Of a stretch of DNA of 64,000 nucleotides, positions 1 through 13,079 are shown piece after piece. The number at the start of each line of letters is the position of its first letter. Within the stretch, counting starts at the first letter, position 1. A program made the translations under genes and the position numbers. Location: NCBI RefSeq assembly GCF_044324875.1, contig NZ_CP172185.1. The stretch is one strand, 5' to 3'. Origin of the DNA: Escherichia coli (GTDB taxonomy: Bacteria; Pseudomonadota; Gammaproteobacteria; Enterobacterales; Enterobacteriaceae). The notes below the pieces were generated by a model, which had not been told where the DNA came from, ran no database searches, and saw only the letters and a list, made by a program, of their open reading frames with translations.

Positions 1-528
1 ATAGAAGCGGCACGCACCAATATCATTCAGGCGCAAACTCGCGTCGAAGCCGCGCAAGCCACTGAACGGCGTATTGCCGCAGATATCGATGACAGCGAAC
101 TGAAAGCCCCGCGTGACGGACGCGTGCAGTATCGGGTTGCCGAGCCAGGGGAAGTGCTGGCGGCAGGCGGTCGGGTACTGAATATGGTCGATCTCAGCGA
201 CGTCTATATGACCTTTTTCCTGCCAACCGAACAGGCGGGCACGCTGAAACTGGGCGGTGAAGCACGGCTGATCCTCGATGCCGCGCCAGATCTGCGTATT
301 CCTGCAACCATCAGTTTTGTCGCCAGCGTCGCCCAGTTCACGCCAAAAACCGTCGAAACCAGCGATGAACGGCTGAAACTGATGTTCCGCGTCAAAGCGC
401 GTATCCCACCGGAATTACTCCAGCAGCATCTGGAATATGTCAAAACCGGTTTGCCGGGCGTAGCGTGGGTGCGGGTGAATGAAGAACTTCCGTGGCCTGA
501 CGACCTGGTGGTGAGGTTGCCGCAATGA
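1..528 (+). CDS. yhiI: HlyD-family membrane fusion protein, 3' portion (gene begins upstream of window)
   Basis: Open frame from base 1 to the TGA at 526-528; position immediately upstream of rbbA with ATGA stop/start overlap; C-terminal sequence resembles HlyD-type periplasmic adaptors. Confidence 0.75.
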
Positions 529-3260
529 CGCATCTGGAACTGGGTCCCGTCCCGCCTGTCGCGCAACTGGCGGGCGTGAGCCAGCATTATGGAAAAACCG
601 TTGCGCTGAACAATATCACTCTCGATATTCCGGCCCGCTGCATGGTTGGGCTGATTGGTCCGGATGGCGTCGGGAAGTCGAGTTTATTGTCATTGATTTC
701 CGGTGCTCGTGTCATTGAGCAGGGCAATGTGATCGTGCTGGGCGGCGATATGCGCGACCCGAAGCATCGTCGCGACGTTTGCCCGCGCATCGCCTGGATG
801 CCGCAGGGGCTGGGCAAAAACCTCTACCACACCTTGTCGGTGTATGAAAACGTCGATTTTTTCGCTCGCCTGTTCGGTCACGACAAAGCGGAGCGGGAAG
901 TGCGAATCAATGAGCTGCTGACCAGCACCGGCTTAGCACCGTTTCGTGATCGTCCGGCAGGGAAACTCTCCGGCGGGATGAAGCAAAAACTTGGGCTGTG
1001 CTGTGCGTTAATCCACGACCCGGAACTGTTGATTCTTGATGAGCCAACAACGGGGGTTGACCCGCTCTCCCGCGCCCAGTTCTGGGATCTGATCGACAGT
1101 ATTCGCCAGCGGCAGAGCAATATGAGCGTGCTGGTCGCCACCGCCTACATGGAAGAGGCCGAACGCTTCGACTGGCTGGTAGCGATGAATGCCGGAGAAG
1201 TGCTGGCAACCGGCAGCGCCGAAGAGCTGCGGCAGCAAACGCAAAGCGCCACGCTGGAAGAAGCATTTATAAATCTGTTACCGCAAGCGCAACGCCAGGC
1301 GCATCAGGCGGTAGTGATCCCACCATATCAACCTGAAAACGCAGAGATTGCCATCGAAGCGCGCGATCTGACCATGCGTTTTGGTTCCTTCGTTGCCGTT
1401 GATCACGTCAATTTCCGCATTCCACGCGGGGAGATTTTTGGTTTTCTTGGTTCGAACGGCTGCGGTAAATCCACCACCATGAAAATGCTTACCGGACTGT
1501 TGCCCGCCAGCGAAGGTGAGGCGTGGTTGTTCGGGCAACCGGTTGATCCAAAAGATATCGATACTCGCCGTCGGGTGGGCTATATGTCGCAGGCGTTTTC
1601 GCTCTATAACGAGCTCACCGTGCGGCAAAACCTGGAGTTACATGCCCGTTTGTTTCACATCCCGGAAGCGGAAATTCCCGCAAGAGTGGCTGAAATGAGC
1701 GAGCGTTTTAAGCTCAACGACGTTGAAGATGTTCTGCCGGAGTCATTACCGCTCGGCATTCGCCAGCGGCTTTCGCTGGCGGTGGCGGTGATTCATCGCC
1801 CGGAGATGTTAATCCTCGATGAGCCTACTTCTGGTGTCGATCCGGTGGCGAGGGATATGTTCTGGCAGTTGATGGTCGATCTCTCGCGTCAGGACAAAGT
1901 GACTATCTTCATCTCCACCCACTTTATGAACGAAGCGGAACGTTGCGACCGCATCTCCCTGATGCACGCCGGAAAAGTGCTTGCCAGCGGTACACCGCAG
2001 GAGCTGGTTGAAAAACGCGGAGCCGCCAGTCTGGAAGAGGCATTTATCGCCTATTTGCAGGAAGCGGCAGGGCAGAGCAACGAAGCCGAAGCGCCGCCTG
2101 TGGTACATGACACCACCCACGCGCCGCGTCAGGGATTTAGCCTGCGCCGTCTGTTTAGCTACAGCCGCCGCGAAGCACTGGAATTGCGCCGCGATCCGGT
2201 CCGTTCGACGCTGGCGCTGATGGGAACGGTGATCCTGATGCTGATAATGGGTTACGGCATCAGTATGGATGTGGAAAACCTGCGCTTTGCGGTGCTTGAC
2301 CGCGACCAGACCGTCAGTAGCCAGGCGTGGACGCTCAATCTCTCCGGTTCCCGTTACTTTATCGAACAACCACCGCTCACCAGTTATGACGAGCTGGATC
2401 GCCGGATGCGTGCGGGCGATATCACGGTGGCGATTGAGATTCCACCCAATTTCGGGCGCGATATCGCGCGTGGTACGCCTGTGGAACTCGGTGTCTGGAT
2501 CGACGGTGCGATGCCCAGTCGTGCCGAAACGGTAAAAGGTTACGTGCAGGCTATGCACCAGAGCTGGCTACAGGATGTGGCGAGCCGACAATCCACACCC
2601 TCCAGCCAAAGCGGGCTGATGAACATTGAGACGCGCTATCGCTATAACCCGGACGTAAAAAGCCTGCCAGCGATTGTTCCGGCGGTGATCCCGCTTCTGC
2701 TGATGATGATCCCGTCAATGCTAAGCGCCCTTAGCGTGGTGCGGGAAAAAGAGTTGGGGTCGATTATCAACCTTTACGTGACTCCCACCACCCGTAGCGA
2801 ATTTTTGCTTGGCAAACAGCTACCGTACATCGCGCTGGGGATGCTGAACTTTTTCCTGCTCTGCGGCCTGTCGGTGTTTGTGTTTGGCGTACCGCATAAA
2901 GGCAGTTTCCTGACGCTCACCCTGGCGGCGCTGCTGTATATCATCATCGCCACCGGAATGGGGCTGCTGATCTCCACCTTTATGAAAAGCCAGATTGCCG
3001 CTATTTTCGGTACGGCGATTATCACGTTGATCCCGGCGACACAGTTTTCCGGGATGATTGATCCGGTAGCTTCGCTGGAAGGTCCAGGACGCTGGATCGG
3101 CGAGGTTTACCCGACCAGTCATTTTCTGACTATCGCCCGTGGGACGTTCTCGAAAGCGCTGGATCTGACTGATTTGTGGCAACTTTTTATCCCGCTGCTG
3201 ATAGCCATACCGCTGGTGATGGGCTTAAGCATCCTGCTGCTGAAAAAACAGGAGGGATGA
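525..3260 (+). CDS. rbbA: Ribosome-associated ATPase RbbA: two ABC ATPase domains fused to an ABC-2 permease domain
   Basis: 911-aa ORF with two Walker A motifs ([18 protein letters not shown]), two ABC signature motifs ([16 protein letters not shown]) and a hydrophobic C-terminal permease domain. Confidence 0.9.
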
Positions 3261-4384
3261 TGCGCCATTTACGCAATATTTTTAATCTGGGTATCAAAGA
3301 GTTGCGCAGTCTGCTCGGTGATAAAGCGATGCTGACATTGATTGTCTTCTCGTTTACGGTGTCGGTATATTCGTCAGCGACCGTCACGCCAGGATCATTG
3401 AACCTCGCGCCGATCGCCATTGCCGATATGGATCAATCGCAGTTATCGAATCGGATCGTTAACAGCTTCTATCGTCCGTGGTTTTTGCCACCGGAGATGA
3501 TCACCGCCGATGAGATGGATGCCGGACTGGACGCCGGACGCTATACCTTCGCGATAAATATTCCGCCTAATTTTCAGCGTGATGTCCTCGCCGGACGCCA
3601 GCCAGATATTCAGGTGAACGTCGATGCCACGCGCATGAGCCAGGCATTCACTGGCAACGGTTATATCCAGAATATTATCAACGGTGAAGTGAACAGCTTT
3701 GTCGCGCGCTACCGTGATAATAGCGAACCGTTGGTATCGCTGGAAACCCGGATGCGCTTCAACCCGAACCTCGATCCCGCGTGGTTTGGCGGGGTGATGG
3801 CGATCATCAACAACATTACCATGCTGGCGATTGTGTTGACCGGATCGGCACTGATCCGCGAGCGTGAACACGGCACGGTGGAACACTTACTGGTGATGCC
3901 GATAACGCCGTTTGAGATCATGATGGCGAAGGTCTGGTCGATGGGGCTGGTGGTGCTGGTGGTGTCGGGATTATCGCTGGTACTGATGGTGAAAGGCGTG
4001 CTGGGCGTACCGATTGAAGGCTCGATCCCGCTGTTTATGCTGGGCGTGGCGCTGAGTCTGTTTGCCACCACGTCAATCGGCATTTTCATGGGGACGATAG
4101 CGCGTTCGATGCCGCAACTGGGGCTGCTGGTGATTCTGGTGCTGCTGCCGCTACAAATGCTTTCCGGTGGATCCACGCCGCGCGAAAGTATGCCGCAGAT
4201 GGTGCAGGACATTATGCTGACCATGCCGACGACACACTTTGTTAGCCTCGCGCAGGCCATTCTCTACCGTGGTGCAGGATTCGAAATCGTCTGGCCGCAG
4301 TTCCTGACACTGATGGCAATTGGCGGCGCGTTTTTCACCATCGCACTGCTGAGATTCAGGAAGACAATTGGGACAATGGCGTAA
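3257..4384 (+). CDS. yhhJ: ABC-2 family transporter permease
   Basis: ATG at 3257 overlaps the rbbA stop (ATGA) and gives 375 aa starting MMRHLRNIF; the ORF-track start at 3176 would overlap rbbA by 85 bp and is probably an artefactual extension. Multi-pass hydrophobic C-terminus. Confidence 0.85.
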   Translation: MMRHLRNIFNLGIKELRSLLGDKAMLTLIVFSFTVSVYSSATVTPGSLNLAPIAIADMDQSQLSNRIVNSFYRPWFLPPEMITADEMDAGLDAGRYTFAINIPPNFQRDVLAGRQPDIQVNVDATRMSQAFTGNGYIQNIINGEVNSFVARYRDNSEPLVSLETRMRFNPNLDPAWFGGVMAIINNITMLAIVLTGSALIREREHGTVEHLLVMPITPFEIMMAKVWSMGLVVLVVSGLSLVLMVKGVLGVPIEGSIPLFMLGVALSLFATTSIGIFMGTIARSMPQLGLLVILVLLPLQMLSGGSTPRESMPQMVQDIMLTMPTTHFVSLAQAILYRGAGFEIVWPQFLTLMAIGGAFFTIALLRFRKTIGTMA

Positions 4385-4394
4385 ATACAGTTGC

Positions 4395-4427
4395 CCGATG
4401 CGTAAGCTTATAGGGTCTACGCATCGG
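4395..4427. terminator. Perfect 10-bp inverted repeat (CCGATGCGTA / TACGCATCGG) between convergent yhhJ and the aldolase gene; candidate bidirectional terminator
   Basis: Inverted repeat read directly from the sequence, 11 bp after the yhhJ stop and followed by a T-rich tract (TACAATTTATTG). Confidence 0.4.
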
Positions 4428-4474
4428 TACAATTTATTGAATTGTAGTTGTTTTACGCCGCATCCGGCGAAGAT

Positions 4475-5326
4475 TTACTTAACCAACCGATGCCCCTCAT
4501 TCATCATCAGGATTTTGCTATACACATCTTCCTCGACGGCGTTTTTTGCTGATGCCATCACTCGTGCCAGATTCGCCTCGTTGTGATTATTCACATACGC
4601 TTTGCCGACGGCGGTGATAAACGCTTTGCGCAGATCGCTGGCGATATTTACTTTAGCGACGCGATAATTAACAAAGCTGCGTAATATTTCCGGGGCGATA
4701 CCGGAGCCGCCGTGAATAACCAGCGGCACCGGGCAGACTTCGGCAATGCGCTTCAGCAGGGGGATATCGATACGCGGTATATCGTCCAGGCCATGAACGT
4801 TGCCAATAGAAACTGCCAGCATGTCGCAACCGGTGCGCTCGACAAAGGTCTTCACCTTTTCCGGTTCCGTTTTGCAATCGGCTTCGCTGACGTGATCATC
4901 TTCTTTGCCGAGAATCGCCCCCAGCTCCGCTTCAACCGGTACGCCATAGGATTTACAGAAATCGACAGCTTCCTGGGTGAAAGCGATATTCTCTTCAAAA
5001 GATAATGCGGCACCGTCAATCATGACCGAGGTAAAGCCCGCGCGCACCGCCTGTTTAACATCCTCCTGAGTTTTCCCGTGATCCAGATGAAGACTGACCG
5101 GAACATCCATTTTATCGGCGTGACGTTTCACGATTTCATAAATGTAATCGTATCCCGAGAGTTGTGCATTGGTGGGCGCAATCTGAATGAAGTTGGGTAA
5201 TCCTGAACGCTCAATGGCGTTTAAAATTGAAATCGTCGTCTCCAGATTGGTGGTATTAAACGCGCCCGCTAATACCCGTTTTTCCTGAATGCGGTCGAGC
5301 AGTATCCGTCCATTAACTAATGGCAT
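4475..5326 (-). CDS. Class II ketose-bisphosphate aldolase (FbaA/GatY/KbaY family)
   Basis: 283-aa ORF with class II aldolase hallmarks: metal-binding His-containing motifs (LHLDHG, VIHGGSG) and an N-terminus typical of tagatose/fructose bisphosphate aldolases. Confidence 0.8.
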   Translation of the reverse strand: MPLVNGRILLDRIQEKRVLAGAFNTTNLETTISILNAIERSGLPNFIQIAPTNAQLSGYDYIYEIVKRHADKMDVPVSLHLDHGKTQEDVKQAVRAGFTSVMIDGAALSFEENIAFTQEAVDFCKSYGVPVEAELGAILGKEDDHVSEADCKTEPEKVKTFVERTGCDMLAVSIGNVHGLDDIPRIDIPLLKRIAEVCPVPLVIHGGSGIAPEILRSFVNYRVAKVNIASDLRKAFITAVGKAYVNNHNEANLARVMASAKNAVEEDVYSKILMMNEGHRLVK

Positions 5327-5356
5327 TTGAAAACCTCATCTTTTAATATCAGTTAA

Positions 5357-5626
5357 TTATTCAGCTTCACCGAAGCGATCACGAAATAAGGCGGTGAGAG
5401 TTTGTATTGCCTCATTTTCATCATCGCCTTCGCAGCGTATTTCCACCGTTTTGCCGCCTTTTATTCCGGCGCGCATAATATTCATCATGCTGGTGGCATT
5501 AATATCATTACCCTCATAATGCAGCGTCACTTTACAGCTAAACTTTTTGGCGGCTTTCACCAGACACGCCGCCGGACGTGCATGCAGGCCAGTACTGTTT
5601 CTGACCTCCACGGTTTTACTCAACAT
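5357..5626 (-). CDS. HPr-family phosphocarrier protein (PTS paralogue)
   Basis: 89-aa ORF with the HPr active-site context NSTGLHARPAA (phosphorylatable His) and HPr-like size. Confidence 0.8.
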   Translation of the reverse strand: MLSKTVEVRNSTGLHARPAACLVKAAKKFSCKVTLHYEGNDINATSMMNIMRAGIKGGKTVEIRCEGDDENEAIQTLTALFRDRFGEAE

Positions 5627-7124
5627 AGTGCTCCTCCCGATGGTGTAATGGCATCACGCCTTCTTGCTGTAATTTCAACTGATACCAGCTTTTCCATTTG
5701 TGCTGATAACGCTGTAATTGATGGTATCTCGCCCGATTCGGTAACAAACGTTGGGCTATGGTAACTTGCGGCGGTGGAATATCCGGTGCGGCAGTTAATA
5801 ATGCTCCGACAGAAACCGCCTCGTTAAATGCAATTGCTTCAACCGGACGCTGTAAAATATCCGCTTTTAATTGCAGCCAAAGGGGATTTTGGGTTGCCGG
5901 ACCTATCACTTTTAACGCGCTGGTGCCAGGCACATTAAAACAGGCGAAGCAGTTGGCAAATTCCATGGTTAATCCCAGTGAGACGCTGGCAATTAACATG
6001 TCGATATTTAACGTATCGCCAAGCCCATAAAATAATCCACGAGTATGGCGATTTTTATAGGGCGAACCCGAACCGCGAAGATGTGGAATAAAGAGGGGAA
6101 TGTCATCGAGCGACCAGTTCCCCGCCAGGTAATCCGCATGTCCGCGAGTAAGTGATGCGGCGATCTCCTCATCGGTTAGCCGGAACGTGTTACGCAGCCA
6201 CTCCAGAGCGAAACCGCCCACGGGCAGCGACGCAAACAGGGTGAACTGGTTTGCAAGCGAATAACAGCCGTTTGCCAGCTTGTCACGTTTGGCCTGTTCA
6301 TCCAGCGTCGGTTGTGTATCCAGTTGCAGAATGCCTTCTGTGGTCCCCGTCGAGTTAAGGATATCGCCCGGCATCATCTGCAACGCTCGCGCACCCACCA
6401 TATGGTCATGTCCGGCCAGCGTCACGCTGACCGGTTGCGAGAACCCAAGCGTTTTGCAGAGCGACTCGCTGACCCATCCGGCGTGTTCGCCTGGCTGCAC
6501 CAATGGCGCAAATGCTGAACAGGGAACGTGTAACAACGCCGCCGCTTTCGCTGACCATTCGCCTTTGCGCACGTCAAGACACAGCGTGCGGCTGGCTAAG
6601 GTGATATCCGTGCGCTGTTCGCCGGTCAGCCGCCAGAGCAGTACTTCCGGCGCATGTAGCCAACGCAGGCCGCGGCGATTACGCAGTGGGTAATGTTCCA
6701 GCAACCAACGCATTTTGAAGGCAGAGTAATTGCTGTGCAGCGGTAACCCGCAAATGTCATAAAGTGCCGCACTGTCTGCCTCGCTAAGTGTTGCCAGATA
6801 CTCTTCACCGCGACGGTCATACCATGCCAGCATTGGCGTCAGGATCTCGCCATGCTCGTCAAGGAACACGCCTGACTCGCCAAAACTGGCAATGCTTATC
6901 CGCCTGACTGGCAGCGGCGAAGCGGCGTTCAGTTGCGCTATCGCCTGGCGGACCTCCTGCCAGAGGGCGTCGATATCGAAATCGACATTGCCCTGTGGGG
7001 AGATCTGTTTTGCCGTCACGAATTTATGCGCGCCCAACGTCGTTGCGTCCAGGCAGGAAAAGCAGGTGACTTTGCAATTGGTGGTGCCAATATCGATAAC
7101 GATAGCTGCGCTGTTATCAGGCAT
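5616..7124 (-). CDS. FGGY-family carbohydrate kinase
   Basis: 502-aa ORF; N-terminal DIGTTNCK nucleotide-binding motif and internal GHDH and GTTEG motifs typical of the glycerol/xylulose/fuculose kinase superfamily. Confidence 0.8.
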   Translation of the reverse strand: MPDNSAAIVIDIGTTNCKVTCFSCLDATTLGAHKFVTAKQISPQGNVDFDIDALWQEVRQAIAQLNAASPLPVRRISIASFGESGVFLDEHGEILTPMLAWYDRRGEEYLATLSEADSAALYDICGLPLHSNYSAFKMRWLLEHYPLRNRRGLRWLHAPEVLLWRLTGEQRTDITLASRTLCLDVRKGEWSAKAAALLHVPCSAFAPLVQPGEHAGWVSESLCKTLGFSQPVSVTLAGHDHMVGARALQMMPGDILNSTGTTEGILQLDTQPTLDEQAKRDKLANGCYSLANQFTLFASLPVGGFALEWLRNTFRLTDEEIAASLTRGHADYLAGNWSLDDIPLFIPHLRGSGSPYKNRHTRGLFYGLGDTLNIDMLIASVSLGLTMEFANCFACFNVPGTSALKVIGPATQNPLWLQLKADILQRPVEAIAFNEAVSVGALLTAAPDIPPPQVTIAQRLLPNRARYHQLQRYQHKWKSWYQLKLQQEGVMPLHHREEHYVE

Positions 7125-8475
7125 AAACCGTGCTCCGCGTCATTCGGAAAATACCATACAGTACCAGGGCGATAACCGGCACCAGACCAATGGCGATGAG
7201 ATTGCCGTTGAAGATTTCCAGCAGCCAGAAGCGGAACGGGTTACCGCCATCAAGGAAACTGGAGACCTGGCCGCTGGAGCCTTCGGCAAATTTGAAATTA
7301 ACGTCTTTCGCCATTCCGGTAATAAACGGCGCGATTTTAGTCGCAATCCACAGATCGGCAATAATCACCGGAATCGCCGCCAGAACGGTGCGGAAAATGT
7401 TGCCACGGCTGGCTAAAGCAATCATCGACGCCATTACCGCCAGGTTGGCAAGGTCGCCAAGCGGCAGGACTTCATTACCCGGAAGGACAAACGCGATAAA
7501 GACCGAGATTGGCGTCAGCAGCAGGGCGGTGGAGATAATCGCTGGGTTACCTACGGCAACGGCGATATCCAGGCCGATATAGAGATCGTCACGGTCAGGG
7601 TATTTGGCATTGAGATACTTTTTAATGGCTTCAGACAGCGGTAATAAACCTTCCATCAGAATGCGAACCATGCGTGGCAGGATGAACATCACACCGCCAA
7701 TGCTGATGCCAAGCAGCAAGACTTTTTTGAAATCGTATCCGGCAATTACGCCGAGCAGAATGCCCAGAATAGTACCAACCATCATCGGTTCGCCGAATAT
7801 GCCAAACTTTTTCTGTACGGTTTCCGGATCGATATGAATACGATTGAGGCCGGGGATATGGTCGATGATTTTGTCGACCAACAGACCGACCGGAAAGAAC
7901 ACCACCGAAGAGAGCGTCGGCAAAGAGATCCCTTCCAGGCCAAAGTATTTTTGTACCAGTGGCGCAGACCAGTCGGCGAGTTTAAGTACTACCACCGCAG
8001 CAATCGCCGCTGCCAGCAAACCAAAGAACAGGCTGCCGGTGCTGTAATAAACCAGCGTACCGGCAAGGGCAAAATGCCAGTAGTTCCACATATCTACGTC
8101 AACGGTGCGGGTTTTATTTAACGCCAGCATCGCCACGTTAATCAGAATAGTCAGGGGAATAACAAACGGGGCAATTGGCGAACCCCATGTAATAGCGGAA
8201 AGCGGCGGCCAGCCTAAATCCACCACCGGTAAATTAATTCCGGTGCGTTCAACCATCGCCTGGGCCGCTGGCCCGACATTGCTGGTAAGAATATCGAAAA
8301 TGGCATAAATACCGACAAAACCAATGCCGACCGTTAATGACGAACGTAAGGCTTTAGCGGGTTTTACTTTAAAAAAGAGAGCAAGAATAAATAACACCAA
8401 CGGCAACATTACCGTGGGACCAAATCCCAATATATATTGCACAATATTATAGAGGGTATGCGCGATATCGTTCAT
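7117..8475 (-). CDS. PTS EIIC permease, galactitol (Gat) family
   Basis: Polytopic membrane protein of about 452 aa, GatC/SgcC-like. Start chosen at the ATG at 8475, preceded by AAGAGG 7 nt upstream; the ORF-track start at 8505 lacks a ribosome-binding site. Confidence 0.8.
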   Translation of the reverse strand: MNDIAHTLYNIVQYILGFGPTVMLPLVLFILALFFKVKPAKALRSSLTVGIGFVGIYAIFDILTSNVGPAAQAMVERTGINLPVVDLGWPPLSAITWGSPIAPFVIPLTILINVAMLALNKTRTVDVDMWNYWHFALAGTLVYYSTGSLFFGLLAAAIAAVVVLKLADWSAPLVQKYFGLEGISLPTLSSVVFFPVGLLVDKIIDHIPGLNRIHIDPETVQKKFGIFGEPMMVGTILGILLGVIAGYDFKKVLLLGISIGGVMFILPRMVRILMEGLLPLSEAIKKYLNAKYPDRDDLYIGLDIAVAVGNPAIISTALLLTPISVFIAFVLPGNEVLPLGDLANLAVMASMIALASRGNIFRTVLAAIPVIIADLWIATKIAPFITGMAKDVNFKFAEGSSGQVSSFLDGGNPFRFWLLEIFNGNLIAIGLVPVIALVLYGIFRMTRSTVYA

Positions 8476-8551
8476 AATAAACCTCTTTTTCAGGCGAGAG
8501 CGCACCTCGCGTTAGCGCCTGATGGAGTGGGTTGAAATTAATTATTATTAA

Positions 8552-8833
8552 TTACTTTTTAAGGATCGAAACAATTTGCGCCAGTACTTTCTCTTCGCCA
8601 ATACCGGTAATAATCGGCAAGCCGTTAACCACCGGGACGTCGAGTTCATAAGGCACTTTAGTCGTTGAGACTACCAGTGCTACGCCGTCAGTATTTCCAG
8701 GTAAAGAGGCAACGTTGGTTTGGGAATAATTGACGTTAAGACCGTGCTCTTTACAATATTCCATGACTTTTTCTGTTACCGCCGTGGATGTGGCAATACC
8801 CGTGGCGCAGACAAATAAAATGGTTTGACTCAT
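8552..8833 (-). CDS. PTS EIIB component (galactitol-type, Cys phosphorylation site)
   Basis: 93-aa ORF beginning MSQTILFVCATGIATS, the conserved N-terminal Cys motif of GatB-type EIIB. Confidence 0.8.
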   Translation of the reverse strand: MSQTILFVCATGIATSTAVTEKVMEYCKEHGLNVNYSQTNVASLPGNTDGVALVVSTTKVPYELDVPVVNGLPIITGIGEEKVLAQIVSILKK

Positions 8834-9303
8834 ATTTCACCTCGTTCTTTCATTTTGTTTAAGATTACTGTGTGTATTTCTGTTGTTTCCATCGTAAGCA
8901 GGGCGCGCATAAAGGGCGTATCCTGAATCATCTCCATAATCCAGCCCAGGGCATTTAATTGTTTATTACTTTCACTTAAGGCGAGCAAAAAAATCACCCT
9001 GACATGTACGGGGTCAGGATCGCCGCCCATATCGGCAAACTCTACCGGTTCCGGAAGGATGCCGACGGCAATTGCATTGTGCCTGACATATTTATGGTCC
9101 GTGTGCGGAATGGCGACGCACGGTGGTTCGGTAGGCAGCCCCGTTGGGTACGTCGCCTCACGTTTCAGTACGTGATCGGCAAAATCAGGGACCACCAGCT
9201 CAGCAGCAACCAACGGTTGCGCTAACTGACGGATGATCTGTTCAACGCTTAACCCTGCCGGAAGTCGTTGAATATAATTTTCCTGAAACTGTATGCCTTG
9301 CAT
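8830..9303 (-). CDS. PTS EIIA component (fructose/mannitol-type EIIA-2 fold)
   Basis: About 157 aa; start at the ATG at 9303, preceded by GAGGAA; contains the conserved His region (AIPHTDHKYV). Stop overlaps the EIIB start. Confidence 0.75.
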   Translation of the reverse strand: MQGIQFQENYIQRLPAGLSVEQIIRQLAQPLVAAELVVPDFADHVLKREATYPTGLPTEPPCVAIPHTDHKYVRHNAIAVGILPEPVEFADMGGDPDPVHVRVIFLLALSESNKQLNALGWIMEMIQDTPFMRALLTMETTEIHTVILNKMKERGEI

Positions 9304-9327
9304 TTTATTCCTCATAAAAAAGTGTAT

Positions 9328-10074
9328 TTAACTCAATTCCCGCCGTTGCAGCACGGTGCCCAGATAATATTTATTTCCTTTTAACCAGACGTTGCCAAAC
9401 TCAACGGGTAACTCTCGGGAGAAAAAGACTAATTGCTCCAGATGCAAAACGGGTGCATCTTCACAGATATCTAAAAAATGACCGCGTTCATTACCAATTA
9501 ATCGCGCGGCATAGCGACTTTCCGAGTAACGAATTTTTCTTTTCGACAAACTTTCTATTGTTGGAAATAAATTGTGTTGATTAAAATCGATTTCCACGAT
9601 GCCGGGGCATAGCTCAATATTGATACGGTTCTCTATCAGCATCGCTTTTTCATCACCAATTGAACGTAAACGCTCAAGGTAAAGAATATCCTGACCGGGC
9701 GTTATTCTTAATTTCTCTGCCACATAACGATTAGCCGGTTCAATCCGTGACGTAATAACTTCAGTGGTAAAGTGTATTTTCTGGCTTTCCAGCGATTCCG
9801 CGAATGACAATAATCCTTCACCTAACGGATATGCCACGTTCTCTTTTTTGACAAATGTTCCCTTCCCCTGGACCTGAATCAACACGCCTTGTTTTACCAG
9901 TTGGGCGACAGCTTTTTTAACGGTTCCCCGACTCACTTCCAGCATATCCATAATCTGGTATTCCGAAGGAATGCGATCGTCTTCCACCAGATCCCCGGTA
10001 TAAATATTTTCTCTTATCCACTCCACCACTTGTTGATAGAGCGGTATTTGTGACGACTTACTCAATGATTTCAT
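9328..10074 (-). CDS. GntR/HutC-family transcriptional regulator (winged-HTH plus UTRA effector domain)
   Basis: N-terminal GntR HTH signature (IPSEYQIMDMLEVSRGTVKKAVAQLVKQGVL) and a C-terminal UTRA-like domain; ATG at 10074 is preferred over the GTG at 10083. Confidence 0.8.
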   Translation of the reverse strand: MKSLSKSSQIPLYQQVVEWIRENIYTGDLVEDDRIPSEYQIMDMLEVSRGTVKKAVAQLVKQGVLIQVQGKGTFVKKENVAYPLGEGLLSFAESLESQKIHFTTEVITSRIEPANRYVAEKLRITPGQDILYLERLRSIGDEKAMLIENRINIELCPGIVEIDFNQHNLFPTIESLSKRKIRYSESRYAARLIGNERGHFLDICEDAPVLHLEQLVFFSRELPVEFGNVWLKGNKYYLGTVLQRRELS

Positions 10075-10096
10075 GGCGCGCACCTGAACATTTACA

Positions 10097-10122
10097 GTTG
10101 TCTATGGACAATCATGGACAAC
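10097..10122. promoter_or_regulatory. Candidate operator: inverted repeat GTTGTC...GACAAC containing the palindrome TTGTC-TATG-GACAA and a direct repeat of ATGGACAA
   Basis: Read directly from the sequence, 23 bp upstream of the HutC-family regulator start; HutC-type operators are commonly GT/AC-containing palindromes. Confidence 0.3.
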
Positions 10123-10272
10123 TTCAAGCGTATAGTAGGTGAACAGGCGAAAAAGAGGATCGAAGCGTCTCACATTTTAGGGGACTAAATCGTGATCAAA
10201 AAAATGTGACGTGAGTCGATATTTGGCAGAAGTCTACTGCGCCGTCAGGAAATAACGGCGCGTTGGGAGGTG

Positions 10273-13075
<2,803 letters not shown>

Positions 13076-13079
<4 letters not shown>

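Noticed and set aside
204-3182. Numerous ORFs of 60-250 aa antisense to or out of frame within yhiI and rbbA (for example 204..587, 1809..2558, 2820..3182)
   Set aside because: They lie entirely inside long, well-supported genes on the opposite strand or in another frame; open frames of this size are expected by chance in GC-rich coding DNA.
3176-3256. Upstream extension of the yhhJ ORF overlapping rbbA by 85 bp
   Set aside because: The ATG at 3257 overlaps the rbbA stop in the classic ATGA arrangement and gives a product starting MMRHLRNIF; the extension is most likely read-through of the frame, not coding sequence.
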